A stretch of DNA of 64,000 nt from Eubacteriales bacterium (GCA_045657425.1 JAZOTA010000036.1:1437-65436), one strand, 5' to 3'. Counted from the first letter of the stretch, positions 27,739 through 38,853 are shown. A program made the numbers and translations. Notes: generated from the sequence alone by a model not told the origin.

Positions 27739-29106
27739 ATGGCTGAACTGGAAAGCATCAGAAAAATGCCGTTTTCGCTTGAAGCGGAACAAGCAATACT
27801 CGGTACGGTAATTGTCGATTCCGAAAAGTTTGTTGAGATTGCAACCTTAAAGGAAGAAGATTTTTATCTTGAACAGCATAAGCAGATTTTTTCTGCTATG
27901 CGCGAAATGTTTAATTTAAACAGAGTCATCGACCCGGTGACTCTTATTAACACGCTTACGCAAATGGGCACTTACAGCGAGGGCGATGCCGCAAAATATA
28001 TAAAGCTTCTTGTCGACCTGGCTTCCGATGCAACGAATATCGAGGAATACGCAAATATTGTCCGTGATAAAGCGACCTTGCGTTCACTTATCGATGCTTC
28101 TCGTGATATTTCCGACCTTGCATTCAGTGAAAAGGGCGATGTTACCGACGCCGTTAATTTCGCCGAGCAAAGAATTTATTCTATTTCTCAGGATAAATAC
28201 AAAGAGGGCTTTGATAGAATTCGCGACGTTATTGTTGAGCATTACAAAACTCTTAAAATGCTTAAAGATAATCCCGAGGCGCTTGCGGGAACTCCTACAC
28301 GTTTTGAAACACTCGACCGTGTTCTTATCGGTATGGGCAAAGGTGACCTTATAGTTGTCGGCGGACGTCCCGGTATGGGTAAGACCAGCTTTTGTATGAA
28401 CGTTGCAACAAACGTTGCAAAATCTACAAATAAGAATATTGCCGTGTTTTCTCTTGAAATGTCTTCCGAGCAGTTGGTTTCCAGAATGCTCAGCAGCGAA
28501 GCGCTGATTGATAGTGCAAGTATGAGAACCGGCCGTCTTACAGATGACGATTGGCGACATTTAGCAGAGGCATCAAGCGTGCTTTCGAACACCAATATTT
28601 ACATTGATGCAAACCCTAATACTACCCCTACGGCAATGAAGTCGAAGCTCAGACGCTTGGATAACCTCGGTCTTGTAATTATCGACTATTTGCAGCTTAT
28701 GAATCCCGACGTACAAACCGATAATCGTGTTTTGGACGTTGCTAATATTACCCGTGCTATTAAATTGATGGCAAAAGAATTTGAAATTCCCATAATTCTT
28801 TGCTCACAGTTGGCAAGAGCATCGGAAAATCGTAAAGACAGACAGCCCATGCTTTCCGACCTACGTGACTCCGGTGCGATCGAGCAGGATGCAGATATCG
28901 TTTTGTTCATTTACAGAAGCGACTATTATGAGCGCAAGGATGGCGAAAATCCCGAAGCGGCAAACGAAAATTCCGATTATATTCTTGCGGAATGCAACGT
29001 CGCAAAGAACCGTCACGGTAGCACAGGCGTTGTTAAGCTTGCTTGGGTAGGTAAGTATTATAAATTTATGAGTATTGAGGATAACATCTCTCATGAACCG
29101 GTCTAA
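27739..29106 (+). CDS. dnaB: Replicative DNA helicase
   Basis: EAEQAILG, GRPGMGKT, FSLEM, IDYLQL, SDLRDSGAIEQDAD, KNRHG. Confidence 0.97.
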   Translation: MAELESIRKMPFSLEAEQAILGTVIVDSEKFVEIATLKEEDFYLEQHKQIFSAMREMFNLNRVIDPVTLINTLTQMGTYSEGDAAKYIKLLVDLASDATNIEEYANIVRDKATLRSLIDASRDISDLAFSEKGDVTDAVNFAEQRIYSISQDKYKEGFDRIRDVIVEHYKTLKMLKDNPEALAGTPTRFETLDRVLIGMGKGDLIVVGGRPGMGKTSFCMNVATNVAKSTNKNIAVFSLEMSSEQLVSRMLSSEALIDSASMRTGRLTDDDWRHLAEASSVLSNTNIYIDANPNTTPTAMKSKLRRLDNLGLVIIDYLQLMNPDVQTDNRVLDVANITRAIKLMAKEFEIPIILCSQLARASENRKDRQPMLSDLRDSGAIEQDADIVLFIYRSDYYERKDGENPEAANENSDYILAECNVAKNRHGSTGVVKLAWVGKYYKFMSIEDNISHEPV

Positions 29107-30466
29107 GAGCGGATTTTTTAATAAGCTTAAAGATTATTTTAGCTGTTTGCCGTTTAATATAAACGGCAAAACTGTTTGTGTATGCCTTTCGGGCGGTGCC
29201 GATTCGGTTTCATTGCTTTTGGGTATGCTTGATATAGCCGATGAATTTTCTTTGAAAATCTGTGCTTGTCATTTTAATCATCTTATTAGAGGCGAAGCAT
29301 CGGATAATGATGAAAAATTTTGCAAACGGCTTTGTAACAAATTATCAGTAAAACTTTATTGCGGATGCGATGACGTGCCGTCGTTTGCGAAAACCTATAA
29401 AATGTCGCTTGAAGAAGCTGCAAGAGAATGCAGATATTCGTTTTTTAAAAGGATTTTAGAAAAGAACGATATTGATTTTTGTGCAACGGCACATAATATG
29501 AATGATGATGCCGAAACTTTAATTTTAAATCTTTTACGTGGGTCATCATCCGATGGTGCTGCAGCAATCGCGCCTTATAATGGTTACATTTTGCGCCCGA
29601 TGTTAAAGATTTCACGCGATGAAATTGAAAAATTCATCAGCGAATCTTCGCAAGAATATGTTACAGACGTTACAAATTTTTCTAACGAGTATACACGTAA
29701 CTTTATTCGTAACGTTGTTTTTCCTAAATTTAAAGAGGTCAATCCCTCTTTCATAAATGCATTTTCTAAATATATTGAATCGTCAAGATGTGACAGAGAT
29801 TATTTTGACACTTTGGTTAAAGACAAGCTTGATTGCGATTTAAGACACGAGCACAAAGCAGTTCGTTGCAGAGTTTACGTAAAGAAGTGCAAGGATGCTT
29901 TTGACATTACTTTAAGCCGCGATATGATCGAACAAATAGATTCTGCGGTTTTTTCAAACGTTCGAGTTGTGCTTAACGTTAATTCTGAAATTGATGCTAT
30001 TGTCAATAACGGTAACGTTGTATTTTCACCGCGGTGCCTTGATGAAGAATGTGAATACGAATCGGTCTTTCTAAAAGCGGGAAATAACACACTTTTTGAT
30101 AATAAAGTTACTGTAAATATCGGTAATTTTAATGATTTAAAAAAAATTAACAATTTGTCAACACAAACAATATTATCTTCTGCTAATATAGTCGGAGATT
30201 TGTATGTGCGTAATCGCAGAGTCGGTGACCGCATTTTAATTCACGGTGTTAACAAAAGCGTTAAAAAATTGTTAATCGACAAAAAGGTTCCAAAGGAATA
30301 CAGAAATATTATACCGATAATTTGCGATTCTGAAGGGATAGTTTATATACCGTTTGTTGGTATCAGTGACCGTGTTTTCACAAAAAATGAAGACGGCAAC
30401 ATTTTTATAAATACTGTATTTTATTCAATAGATAAAGAAAGGTGGGTCAATTCTTATGAAAAATAA
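29093..30466 (+). CDS. tilS: tRNA(Ile)-lysidine synthetase
   Basis: PP-loop [39 protein letters not shown]; start codon uncertain. Confidence 0.93.
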   Translation: MNRSKSGFFNKLKDYFSCLPFNINGKTVCVCLSGGADSVSLLLGMLDIADEFSLKICACHFNHLIRGEASDNDEKFCKRLCNKLSVKLYCGCDDVPSFAKTYKMSLEEAARECRYSFFKRILEKNDIDFCATAHNMNDDAETLILNLLRGSSSDGAAAIAPYNGYILRPMLKISRDEIEKFISESSQEYVTDVTNFSNEYTRNFIRNVVFPKFKEVNPSFINAFSKYIESSRCDRDYFDTLVKDKLDCDLRHEHKAVRCRVYVKKCKDAFDITLSRDMIEQIDSAVFSNVRVVLNVNSEIDAIVNNGNVVFSPRCLDEECEYESVFLKAGNNTLFDNKVTVNIGNFNDLKKINNLSTQTILSSANIVGDLYVRNRRVGDRILIHGVNKSVKKLLIDKKVPKEYRNIIPIICDSEGIVYIPFVGISDRVFTKNEDGNIFINTVFYSIDKERWVNSYEK

Positions 30467-32564
30467 AGGCCCCGGAAAAATAGTAATATTTTATTTGATT
30501 TTCTTCGTCGCGATCATTATCATTGCGAATACAATGTATTCTAATGACGGTCAATATGAAGAAGTTGACTACAGTAAAGTAGTTACTATGTTCCAAAAGG
30601 AAGAGGTTAAGAGATATTATATCGACAACTCCGGAACGCTTTATATTTCCAAGAATGAAAATGATAAAGAGGAAGTCGATCTTACCACTTTTGAGTTCGT
30701 GCATTATTTGCAGGATATCAATCAGTTTCGATATGATCTCGGCGAGCTTATTATAGAACAAACCGGCAAAGGTGTTCTTCAAAAGTATGATTATCAAGCG
30801 GTTGAGCCCATTCCTTGGTGGATGGCATATCTTCCTTATCTTATCGTTATTATAATTCTTCTCGTCGTATTTTGGCTCTTTATCGCGCGTACCTCTAAAA
30901 ACGGTAGCGGCGGCGGTATGGGACTTGGCAAGATGAATTCGTTTAGCAAAGCAAGAACAAAGCTTGGCAGTGACGAAAAGAAAAAGGTTATGTTTACCGA
31001 CGTTGCAGGAGCTGATGAAGAAAAGGAAGAACTTCAAGAGGTTGTAGACTTCTTAAAGAATCCCAATAAATTCTCGGATCTTGGTGCGCGTATTCCCAAG
31101 GGCGTATTGCTTATAGGCCCTCCTGGTACAGGTAAAACACTTCTTGCGAAAGCTGTCGCAGGCGAAAGCGGTGTACCTTTCTATTCAATTTCGGGTTCCG
31201 ATTTTGTTGAAATGTACGTTGGTGTCGGTGCTTCTCGTGTTAGAGACCTTTTTGAAACCGCAAAGAAAACTTCGCCTTGTATTATCTTTATCGATGAAAT
31301 CGATGCTGTCGGCCGTCACAGAGGCGCAGGTCTCGGCGGTGGACACGATGAACGTGAGCAAACCCTTAACCAATTGCTCGTTGAAATGGATGGCTTCGGT
31401 GTAAATGACGGCGTTATTGTTATCGCCGCTACCAACCGTCCCGATATACTCGACCCTGCACTTATGCGTCCCGGTCGTTTTGACCGTCAGGTTACCGTAA
31501 ATCTTCCCGATATTAAGGGCAGAGAAGAAATTTTAAAGGTACACGCAAAGGGTAAGCCGTTGGGTAGTGACGTAGATCTTGCAACAATTGCAAAATCAAC
31601 TGCCGGATTCACCGGTGCAGACCTTGCAAATCTTCTTAACGAAGCGGCACTTTTGGCGGCAAGAAAGAAGAAGAATATCATTAATACGAATGATATCGAA
31701 GAATCTACCATTAAGATTATCGTTGGTCCTCAAAAGAGGTCTAAAATCATCTCTCCCGATGATAAGCTCAAAACCGCTTATCATGAAGCGGGACACGCAA
31801 TCGTTACACGTCAGCTCGGCACTCAAGACCCTGTGCATCAAATTTCTATTATCCCCAGCGGCAGAGCGCTTGGTTATACGCTTTCGCTTCCCGAAAAGGA
31901 AAAGGTCAGCGTTTACAAAAAAGGTCTTCTTGACGAAATTTGTATACTCCTCGGCGGCCGTGCGGCTGAAAAGATTATGTGCGACGATATTTCGGGCGGT
32001 GCATCCAACGATATGGAACGCGCAACCGGTATCGCTCGTCAGATGATCACAAAGCTCGGTATGAGCGATATTCTCGGTCCCGTCGTATATTCCGAACAGA
32101 ATAACGAAGTATTCCTTGGCAAGGACCTTGGTACAACTAAAAACTATTCAGAAAAAGTTGCAGAACAAATTGACGAAGAAGTTTATAAGTTTGTTATGCA
32201 AGGATACGAACGTGCTTTGAAGATTCTTGAAGAAAATAAGGATATTATGATCTTCATTGCAAATTATCTTATCAAGCACGAGGTTATGGATGCTGAACAG
32301 TTTGAACTTTGTTTTGTCGAAGGCGTAACCGAAGAAATGCTTGATGAAGTTACTGCCAGAAAGAAGAAGGTTGCTGAGGTCGATAGCGAAACTCGCAAGG
32401 AAGAACTCAAAAAGAAGAAAAAGAAAGCTTCTAAAACCACCGAAACAGAAGATACAGAAGAAATTTTTCCTGAAAAAGACGCAAAATCCGAAGAAAAGGA
32501 AAATAATTCCGACGAAGGAAGCGACGAAGGCGATATTTTCTCTGATGACATTTTGAATCACTGA
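30456..32564 (+). CDS. ftsH: ATP-dependent zinc metalloprotease FtsH
   Basis: 2 [40 protein letters not shown]; charged C-terminal tail. Confidence 0.98.
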   Translation: MKNKGPGKIVIFYLIFFVAIIIIANTMYSNDGQYEEVDYSKVVTMFQKEEVKRYYIDNSGTLYISKNENDKEEVDLTTFEFVHYLQDINQFRYDLGELIIEQTGKGVLQKYDYQAVEPIPWWMAYLPYLIVIIILLVVFWLFIARTSKNGSGGGMGLGKMNSFSKARTKLGSDEKKKVMFTDVAGADEEKEELQEVVDFLKNPNKFSDLGARIPKGVLLIGPPGTGKTLLAKAVAGESGVPFYSISGSDFVEMYVGVGASRVRDLFETAKKTSPCIIFIDEIDAVGRHRGAGLGGGHDEREQTLNQLLVEMDGFGVNDGVIVIAATNRPDILDPALMRPGRFDRQVTVNLPDIKGREEILKVHAKGKPLGSDVDLATIAKSTAGFTGADLANLLNEAALLAARKKKNIINTNDIEESTIKIIVGPQKRSKIISPDDKLKTAYHEAGHAIVTRQLGTQDPVHQISIIPSGRALGYTLSLPEKEKVSVYKKGLLDEICILLGGRAAEKIMCDDISGGASNDMERATGIARQMITKLGMSDILGPVVYSEQNNEVFLGKDLGTTKNYSEKVAEQIDEEVYKFVMQGYERALKILEENKDIMIFIANYLIKHEVMDAEQFELCFVEGVTEEMLDEVTARKKKVAEVDSETRKEELKKKKKKASKTTETEDTEEIFPEKDAKSEEKENNSDEGSDEGDIFSDDILNH

Positions 32565-32566
32565 TA

Positions 32567-32611
32567 AAAACTCTGTCGCAGGTTAATTTTTACTTGCGAC
32601 AGAGTCATTTT
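32567..32611 (+). terminator. Probable terminator after ftsH
   Basis: ACTCTGTCGCAGGT...ACTTGCGACAGAGT hairpin followed by CATTTT. Confidence 0.6.
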
Positions 32612-32669
32612 ATGTATAATTATTTTTCATACCGTCAAACCTTTATATATAATAATTGGAGGTTTGACC

Positions 32670-33908
32670 ATGAAAAAAGGCAAAATTGTTATTACAAAGC
32701 GGTTTGTTTTCACAGTAACTTCGCTTGCTGTATTAATTTTCATTGTAATTTTCACAATCGTTACATTTGCAATTAAAGAACAAAGCGAGACTTCAAATAT
32801 CGATACCGAAAACAGTGTTGAATCAAATACGGAAGAAGAAAGCTCATCGTACGAAAATTCCGATAATTATGATTTTAGCTTTGAGCTTTCCGATACTGTT
32901 TTTGAAGACGTTTCCGATGTTTCGGATACTTTAGATATATCCGAAGTAAGCGACGAGGAAGAAAATGAAAACGTTTTTGAACACGGTTGGGTTATTAACG
33001 AGTATGGGTATACCTATGTTTACAATGATTGTGGGTATGAACAATTCAACTATAAAAAATCAGCGCTTCAAAGATATGTAAATACCTTGAATAATTTCGT
33101 TTCGCTTTTACCAGAAAGCACACGGATTTATTCAATAACCGTGCCTGTTTCTTCAACCTTTGCAGATATCCCGCGCGAAATTTACGTTGCCGATAATTTT
33201 TATAATCAAGCGCAATCGACATTCGTTTCAACAGTAGCCAATCTTACCGATGAAAAAATAGTTCACATCGATATAATTGATGCTCTTGAAGCGAGTTATG
33301 ACAACGGCGAATACGTTTTTTACCGCACAGATAAAAATTGGACTGCCGAAGGCGCGTTTCTTGCATACAGTGAATTTTGCGAAACCGCAAATATTGAATC
33401 GCTTCCTATAAGCTCATTTCCTCTGCACACTGTATCGGGGTTTCTCGGATCTTTTTATAACGCAACAAAATCTACTTTAATGAAAAATTCACCCGATGAA
33501 TTTATTTATTATACCCCGTCGCACACAGTAAAAACCTCATTGACAGTTTATGATAACGGCAAGATATATGAAAATTATTCGGTTTGCGGAAACAAGGTTA
33601 ATCAATACTCGCCGCAAAATGTGTTTTTGGGCCGTGAAGCCGAACGTTATGAGATACACACCACGACTATGGGCGGTAGTCTTTTAATTGTTGGCGACGA
33701 AAGCGTTTATCCGATCATACCGTTTTTAACTTCCCACTACAATCGTATTGACGTTATAAATCCAAACAAATTTGAAACGTCATTTGAGGAATTTTTAGAA
33801 AACAGAAATTATGATGATTGCCTTTTGATGTGTTACTCAACCAATTCAATAAGCGGCGATTATATACCAACATTAAATTCACTTACCGGAGTTATTACAG
33901 ATGAATAA
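32670..33908 (+). CDS. Membrane-anchored DHHW-family (AlgX/AlgJ-like SGNH) protein with degenerate motif
   Basis: N-terminal TM and acidic linker; YVFYRTDKNWTAEGAFLAY, FLGSFY, LLIVGDE, PFLTSHY. Confidence 0.65.
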   Translation: MKKGKIVITKRFVFTVTSLAVLIFIVIFTIVTFAIKEQSETSNIDTENSVESNTEEESSSYENSDNYDFSFELSDTVFEDVSDVSDTLDISEVSDEEENENVFEHGWVINEYGYTYVYNDCGYEQFNYKKSALQRYVNTLNNFVSLLPESTRIYSITVPVSSTFADIPREIYVADNFYNQAQSTFVSTVANLTDEKIVHIDIIDALEASYDNGEYVFYRTDKNWTAEGAFLAYSEFCETANIESLPISSFPLHTVSGFLGSFYNATKSTLMKNSPDEFIYYTPSHTVKTSLTVYDNGKIYENYSVCGNKVNQYSPQNVFLGREAERYEIHTTTMGGSLLIVGDESVYPIIPFLTSHYNRIDVINPNKFETSFEEFLENRNYDDCLLMCYSTNSISGDYIPTLNSLTGVITDE

Positions 33909-34665
33909 AACGATGCTTGGCGGTTTCGTTTCGATAAAAAGTGTAATTGAAGCGAAAAGCAGACAAATTTTTAATATCTATATTGAAAAGTCGCGTTATG
34001 AAAATATAATGCGTTCCAATTTACGCGTCCCTGAACAAAGGCAATATTCTGCACTTTTGAATTGCGGCGCAGAATGCAAATTCGTTACACAAGAAGAATT
34101 TGAGCGTCTGATGCCCAACGCAAATGCAGGCGGTATTGCGGCAGAGGTAGGGGAGAGAATATTTACACCGTGCGAAGAGGTTTTGTCAATTCGCAACGGT
34201 TACATAGCCGTCCTTGACGGAATCGAGGACCCTTTTAACTTCGCTTATGCCCTACGTTCGCTTTATGCTGCAGGTGTTGATGCCGTAATTTTGCCTGAGC
34301 GAAATTTCTTTACCGCAAGCGATACGGTCATTCGTTCTTCTGCAGGTGCATCTGAACTTATAAAAGCGTGTTGCGTCCCCGACCTTGCAAAAGCGTGTAA
34401 GGAACTAAAAAACAAAGGTTATTTAATTGTATCAACAGCAAAAAATCCTAAATCCAAGGATATGTACCGGTGTAAGGTAAAAAAACCGTTGTGCTTGGTT
34501 TTCGGAGGAGAAAAACGCGGCATTAACAGCGAAATACTTGACCTTTCGGATTTGTGCGTTAAAATTAAATATCCGAGAGATTGCCATTATTCTCTCCCTG
34601 CGTGTAGTGCTATTTCGGTAATTGCGTTTGAGATCGCCCACAAATTCGATTCAACAAACCGGTGA
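33901..34665 (+). CDS. TrmH/SpoU-family RNA 2'-O-methyltransferase
   Basis: LDGIEDPFNFAYALRS, SSAGASE, LVFGGEKRGI, SL near C-terminus. Confidence 0.88.
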   Translation: MNKTMLGGFVSIKSVIEAKSRQIFNIYIEKSRYENIMRSNLRVPEQRQYSALLNCGAECKFVTQEEFERLMPNANAGGIAAEVGERIFTPCEEVLSIRNGYIAVLDGIEDPFNFAYALRSLYAAGVDAVILPERNFFTASDTVIRSSAGASELIKACCVPDLAKACKELKNKGYLIVSTAKNPKSKDMYRCKVKKPLCLVFGGEKRGINSEILDLSDLCVKIKYPRDCHYSLPACSAISVIAFEIAHKFDSTNR

Positions 34666-35262
34666 AACAATAATTTCCGGAATTTCTCCGACAATCAATA
34701 TTTCTGATAATATTAACGTTGTCGTAATTTTGCAGTTAATTTTATGAAACGGTGCAATGCAGTTTACCTCTGTTTCAAAAACAGCTGTTATTCTGTGCAA
34801 GCTTTGATTAATCCCACTTGAGAGCAATTCGCTTTTCGGCTCTTGTGCGGTTGAAATTATCGGTTGGATATCAACGCTTATCGGCGGTCCTTTGCCGGAT
34901 AACATTTTAAGACCAAAAAGGTTGCCCAAAGGCATACCAATGGTTATTGATGAGGATTTTAATTCGTTTAATATAGCTTCTTCGAATTCAAGCAATATTG
35001 TGTTAAGCAAAGCAGAATTTATTGATATTGATAAAATTCGCCCGTCAGACGAATAATTTACCACTGTAATTTCATTAAATTGTATATTGCGCGAATTGAT
35101 ATTATGAGTTAATATCCTATTGATGTCAATTTTAAGGTTTGCTTTTACAATCGTTTCGGCAAATTCATCGAAGGCGGCAGAATAATTATTAGCTATACGT
35201 AATATTATCGCTGAGAATAGTAAAACAAAAGACAAAGCTATGCATAATAATTGTTTTTTCAA
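34651..35262 (-). CDS. yunB: Sporulation protein YunB-like
   Basis: N-terminal TM; MPLGNLFG, GKGPPI, SSGINQSLHRI, IVGEIPE. Confidence 0.82.
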   Translation of the reverse strand: MKKQLLCIALSFVLLFSAIILRIANNYSAAFDEFAETIVKANLKIDINRILTHNINSRNIQFNEITVVNYSSDGRILSISINSALLNTILLEFEEAILNELKSSSITIGMPLGNLFGLKMLSGKGPPISVDIQPIISTAQEPKSELLSSGINQSLHRITAVFETEVNCIAPFHKINCKITTTLILSEILIVGEIPEIIVSPVC

Positions 35263-35326
35263 TAAAACACCCCTTTAGTATTATATTACGGATTTTGAAC
35301 ATTTTTTCATCATCAAGAGGTTTGTT

Positions 35327-36199
35327 ATGAAAATTTTTTCTTCAAAAAGTGATATGTTAAAAACGGTTTATATTTGCATTGGTACGTTTATTTTTGCTTT
35401 GGGCATCAATATTTTCGTAGTACCTACGGGTTTATATTCCGGCGGATTTTTGGGTACTGCGCAAATCATACGTACCGTGATTGAAAAACTCTCGGGAATT
35501 ACCTTTTCGTTTGATATTTCGGGTATAATTTCGTTTGCTTTAAATATACCTTTATTGTTGTTGGTATATAAAACGGTTGGTAAAGCCTTTGTATTTAAAA
35601 CAGCTTTTTGTTTGGGCTTTCAAACGATATTGCTGTCGATTATTCCGATCAAACCCATTATTGAAGATCCGCTTACCGCTTGTATAATCGGCGGCTTGCT
35701 GTACGGCTTCGGTGTTGGTCTTATTTTACGCAACGGTGGCTCAAGCGGCGGAGTTGACGTAATCGGTATGTATTTTGCAAAGAAAAGCAAGATAAGCGTA
35801 GGCAGAGTAAATCTTACTATAAACATATTTGTTTATGTAATCGCATTTATCTTGGTAAGAGATATTGAAAAGATAATATATACTCTTATCTATGCAGGCA
35901 TTAGTATGATTGCGCTTGACAGAATGCATATTCAAAATATTAATAGCGAAGTTATTATCATTTCACAAAAAAATAATGCCGAAATCCAAGAAGCGTTAAT
36001 GAAGGAAATGAGACGCGGTGTTTCGTATTGGGACGGTTACGGTGCATATACAGGCGAGGGAAGACGTGTTCTGTATGTCGTCGTTTCAAAATACGAGCTT
36101 CCGAATCTTCACAAAATAGTTGCCCGTATCGATCCAAAGGCTTTCATTTCGGTTAAAAATGGCGTAGACATTACGGGTAATTTCGAAAAACGTTTGTAA
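35327..36199 (+). CDS. YitT family membrane protein (DUF161/DUF2179)
   Basis: LYSGGFLG, LNIPL, GGSSGGVD, RGVS..GYGAYTG, IDPKAFI. Confidence 0.9.
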   Translation: MKIFSSKSDMLKTVYICIGTFIFALGINIFVVPTGLYSGGFLGTAQIIRTVIEKLSGITFSFDISGIISFALNIPLLLLVYKTVGKAFVFKTAFCLGFQTILLSIIPIKPIIEDPLTACIIGGLLYGFGVGLILRNGGSSGGVDVIGMYFAKKSKISVGRVNLTINIFVYVIAFILVRDIEKIIYTLIYAGISMIALDRMHIQNINSEVIIISQKNNAEIQEALMKEMRRGVSYWDGYGAYTGEGRRVLYVVVSKYELPNLHKIVARIDPKAFISVKNGVDITGNFEKRL

Positions 36200-36210
36200 A
36201 AGAGGAAAAA

Positions 36211-36810
36211 ATGAATTTATTCTTAATATTAACTTATGCAATAAGTTTGTCGATGGACGCGTTTGCAATTTCGATTTGCAAAGGCATTTCTTTGGGAAAA
36301 CCAAAACTAAAAGATGCGTTTATCGTTGGTGCATACTTCGGTTTTTTCCAAGGCATTATGCCTTTAATAGGTTATTTCCTCGCAAACTCATTTAGTGAAT
36401 ACATAGAGTTTATTGATCACTGGGTAGCGTTTGTTCTGCTTTGCTTCATCGGCGGTAAGATGCTTTGGGAATGCTTCCATCCCGACGAGGATGAATGTGA
36501 TTGCAATGCGCTTTCATTTAAAACTATGATAACGATGGCAATTGCAACAAGCGTCGATGCGCTTGCGGTCGGTATTGCTTTTTCCTGCGACGGTATGGAG
36601 CTCTTTTCAAACGGTTTGCTGCTTGGAATATTTGCTTCCTGCGGAATTATATGCGCTACGACCTTTATTTTGTCTGCAATCGGTGTTAAAATCGGCAAAT
36701 TACTTGAGAATAAGCTTAAAAAACGCGCTGAAATTGCCGGAGGAGTGGTTCTTATCCTGCTCGGCTGTAAAATCTTATTCGAGCATCTTAGCGGCATTAC
36801 AATATTTTAA
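36211..36810 (+). CDS. mntP: Manganese efflux pump MntP family
   Basis: LSMDAFAISI, FQGIMPLIG, IDHWVAF, ATSVDALAVG, AEIAGGVVLI. Confidence 0.9.
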   Translation: MNLFLILTYAISLSMDAFAISICKGISLGKPKLKDAFIVGAYFGFFQGIMPLIGYFLANSFSEYIEFIDHWVAFVLLCFIGGKMLWECFHPDEDECDCNALSFKTMITMAIATSVDALAVGIAFSCDGMELFSNGLLLGIFASCGIICATTFILSAIGVKIGKLLENKLKKRAEIAGGVVLILLGCKILFEHLSGITIF

Positions 36811-36819
36811 TCATTATTT

Positions 36820-36848
36820 GCGTACTTGTTAATAACAGGTACGCTTTG
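36820..36848 (+). terminator. Possible terminator after mntP
   Basis: GCGTACTTGTT-AAT-AACAGGTACGC hairpin followed by TTT. Confidence 0.5.
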
Positions 36849-36873
36849 CATTTTATAAGAAATTTTATGATTA

Positions 36874-36899
36874 TGAACCTTTTGGAGTTTCAAATCGAC
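36874..36899 (+). promoter_or_regulatory. Putative ECF-sigma (autoregulatory) promoter
   Basis: TGAACC-TTTT...(16 nt)-CGAC directly upstream of an ECF sigma gene. Confidence 0.55.
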
Positions 36900-36947
36900 T
36901 ATATAAGTGAAATCGATTTCAAGAACACTTAATAAGGAGGTGATAAT

Positions 36948-38216
36948 GTGAGTGAATTCAGCAAGCTATTGCAGAAAAATCTTATACCGCTTGAACGATA
37001 CGTTAAGTTCAAAATAAACAATAAGCACGATGCTGAAGATATAATTCAAGATGTTTGCCTTACTGCTACGATGAAATTTGATACGCTTAAGAATATGTCT
37101 GCGTTCAAGGCGTGGTTGATAGGCATTGCGAATCATAAGTGTAACGACTATTACAGGCGAAAAGCTAAGGATATGAATATTTCATTGGATGTTTTGTCCG
37201 AGTCGGCATTAAGTACGGGAAGATTCGGTATAACCGAACATAGTGTTGTGCGAGCTACTTTAGATGTGTTGGGAGATAAAGAAAAACAGATACTATATTT
37301 GTATTACTTCAAGAATCTATCGCAAGAGGATATCTCGAAGCAACTTTCGATTCCTATAGGCACGGTTAAGAGTAGATTGTATTATGCGAAAGAAAAATTC
37401 AAACAACATTATCCCTATAAAGAAGCACCAAAAGGAGAATCAATTATGAAAAAACTGCCCGATGTTTTACCTGAATATAAAATTGAAAAATCCGAACTTG
37501 CTCCGTTTAGCGTTATTCACGAAGAACTGGCCGGTATGTTTGTCATTCCTCGAATGAACGAATCCGTTGCTTTCGGAATGTATGATATGCCGGAACGAAA
37601 TCAAAACGGCAAGTATCATTTGAGAGTAATCGGAAAGGTTGTGCTTCACGGAATAGAGGGTGTATCAATCAAAAGAAGCTACATCGAAAGCTCTTTCGAA
37701 GAAGAAACAACCGTATTTGCACAGCTGACAGATACAAATTGCAAGTATTTGGGCGGCATCTCTACCGACAAAGACGGCAACACGAAAATAATCACTTTTT
37801 TAGATTCCAACTTTGATGATTATTACGGAATCGGTGAAGATAACTGCGGATTTCCCACTCACCGCAAGGCGGAAGGCAGAATCATCGAAACGGAAGAAGG
37901 AATTAAAATGTTTTCAGACGATGATGTTTCCGATATTGTAGGTAGATTTACAATAACGATCGCTAATGTTTCTTACGATACGATCCGCCTTATTGATTAT
38001 CAATACGGTAATCAAGGAGGAATGTTATGTGAGCATTATCTCGATAAAAACGGACGCACGATTCTTTGGCGCAGGTTCAACAAAAACGATTGGGCATATA
38101 AACGCTACGGAAAATTGTGGACAGACATGCTTCCCGGTAACGAAACGCTTACCGTAAACGGCGAAACCTACGTTCATTGGTACGACTGCATAACCGATTA
38201 TTATTCTATAGCTTAA
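36948..38216 (+). CDS. ECF sigma-70 factor with a ~255-aa C-terminal extension of unknown function
   Basis: Region 2 DAEDIIQDV...FKAWLIGIANHKCNDYYR; region 4 LSQEDISKQLSIPIGTVKSRLYYAK; GTG start behind AAGGAGG. Confidence 0.88.
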   Translation: MSEFSKLLQKNLIPLERYVKFKINNKHDAEDIIQDVCLTATMKFDTLKNMSAFKAWLIGIANHKCNDYYRRKAKDMNISLDVLSESALSTGRFGITEHSVVRATLDVLGDKEKQILYLYYFKNLSQEDISKQLSIPIGTVKSRLYYAKEKFKQHYPYKEAPKGESIMKKLPDVLPEYKIEKSELAPFSVIHEELAGMFVIPRMNESVAFGMYDMPERNQNGKYHLRVIGKVVLHGIEGVSIKRSYIESSFEEETTVFAQLTDTNCKYLGGISTDKDGNTKIITFLDSNFDDYYGIGEDNCGFPTHRKAEGRIIETEEGIKMFSDDDVSDIVGRFTITIANVSYDTIRLIDYQYGNQGGMLCEHYLDKNGRTILWRRFNKNDWAYKRYGKLWTDMLPGNETLTVNGETYVHWYDCITDYYSIA

Positions 38217-38219
38217 CAC

Positions 38220-38250
38220 AAAAAAGCTCCCCTAACGGGAGCTTTTCTTT
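38220..38250. terminator. Bidirectional terminator between ECF sigma and recR
   Basis: AAAAAAGCTCCC-CTAAC-GGGAGCTTTTCTTT. Confidence 0.85.
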
Positions 38251-38838
38251 CTATACTTCTGTTCTGCCTTCGATGGCTTTGAGTAATGTAAACGAGTCGG
38301 CATATTCAAGAGTTGCGCCAACGGGCAAGCCATAAGCTAATCGGGTAACCTTAACACCAAACGGCTTGATAAGACGGCTGAGATACATTGCGGTTGCTTC
38401 TCCTTCAACGCTCGGGTTTGTCGCGATAATAACCTCTTTAACGCTGTTGTCGATTCTGACAAGAAGCTCTTTAACCTTAAGCTGATCGGGTCCTACACCA
38501 TCGACAGGCGAGATAACACCATGAAGCACATGATATTTACCGTTGAATTCGTGTGTATCCTCGATTGCTTCAAGCGCTTTGTTATCCTCGACAACGATAA
38601 TTGTTTCGTTATTGCGTGAGGGATTGGAACAAATATTACAATGTCCGTCTTCGCAATATGCCATACAAACGGGGCAAAGCTTAACGTTTCCTTTTGCTTC
38701 CAAAATTGCATCCGAAAACCCACGAACTTCCTCGTCTGTCATTTCAATGATTCTGTATGCAAGACGCGAAGCGCTTTTTCTTCCGATACCGGGAAGGGAA
38801 GCAAAGCAGTTTACAAGTTTTTCAATAGAAGGTGTCAT
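38251..38838 (-). CDS. recR: Recombination mediator RecR
   Basis: LPGIGRKSA, C4 zinc finger, YHVLHG, ATNPSVEGEATA. Confidence 0.97.
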   Translation of the reverse strand: MTPSIEKLVNCFASLPGIGRKSASRLAYRIIEMTDEEVRGFSDAILEAKGNVKLCPVCMAYCEDGHCNICSNPSRNNETIIVVEDNKALEAIEDTHEFNGKYHVLHGVISPVDGVGPDQLKVKELLVRIDNSVKEVIIATNPSVEGEATAMYLSRLIKPFGVKVTRLAYGLPVGATLEYADSFTLLKAIEGRTEV

Positions 38839-38853
38839 TAATCAGTGCTCCGA

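Noticed and set aside
30456..30466. Missing hpt between tilS and ftsH as a sign of deletion
   Set aside because: The two genes overlap cleanly with no remnant; this is ordinary gene-order variation.
36200..36210. Expected yybP-ykoY manganese riboswitch before mntP
   Set aside because: mntP starts 11 bp after the YitT gene; no leader is present.
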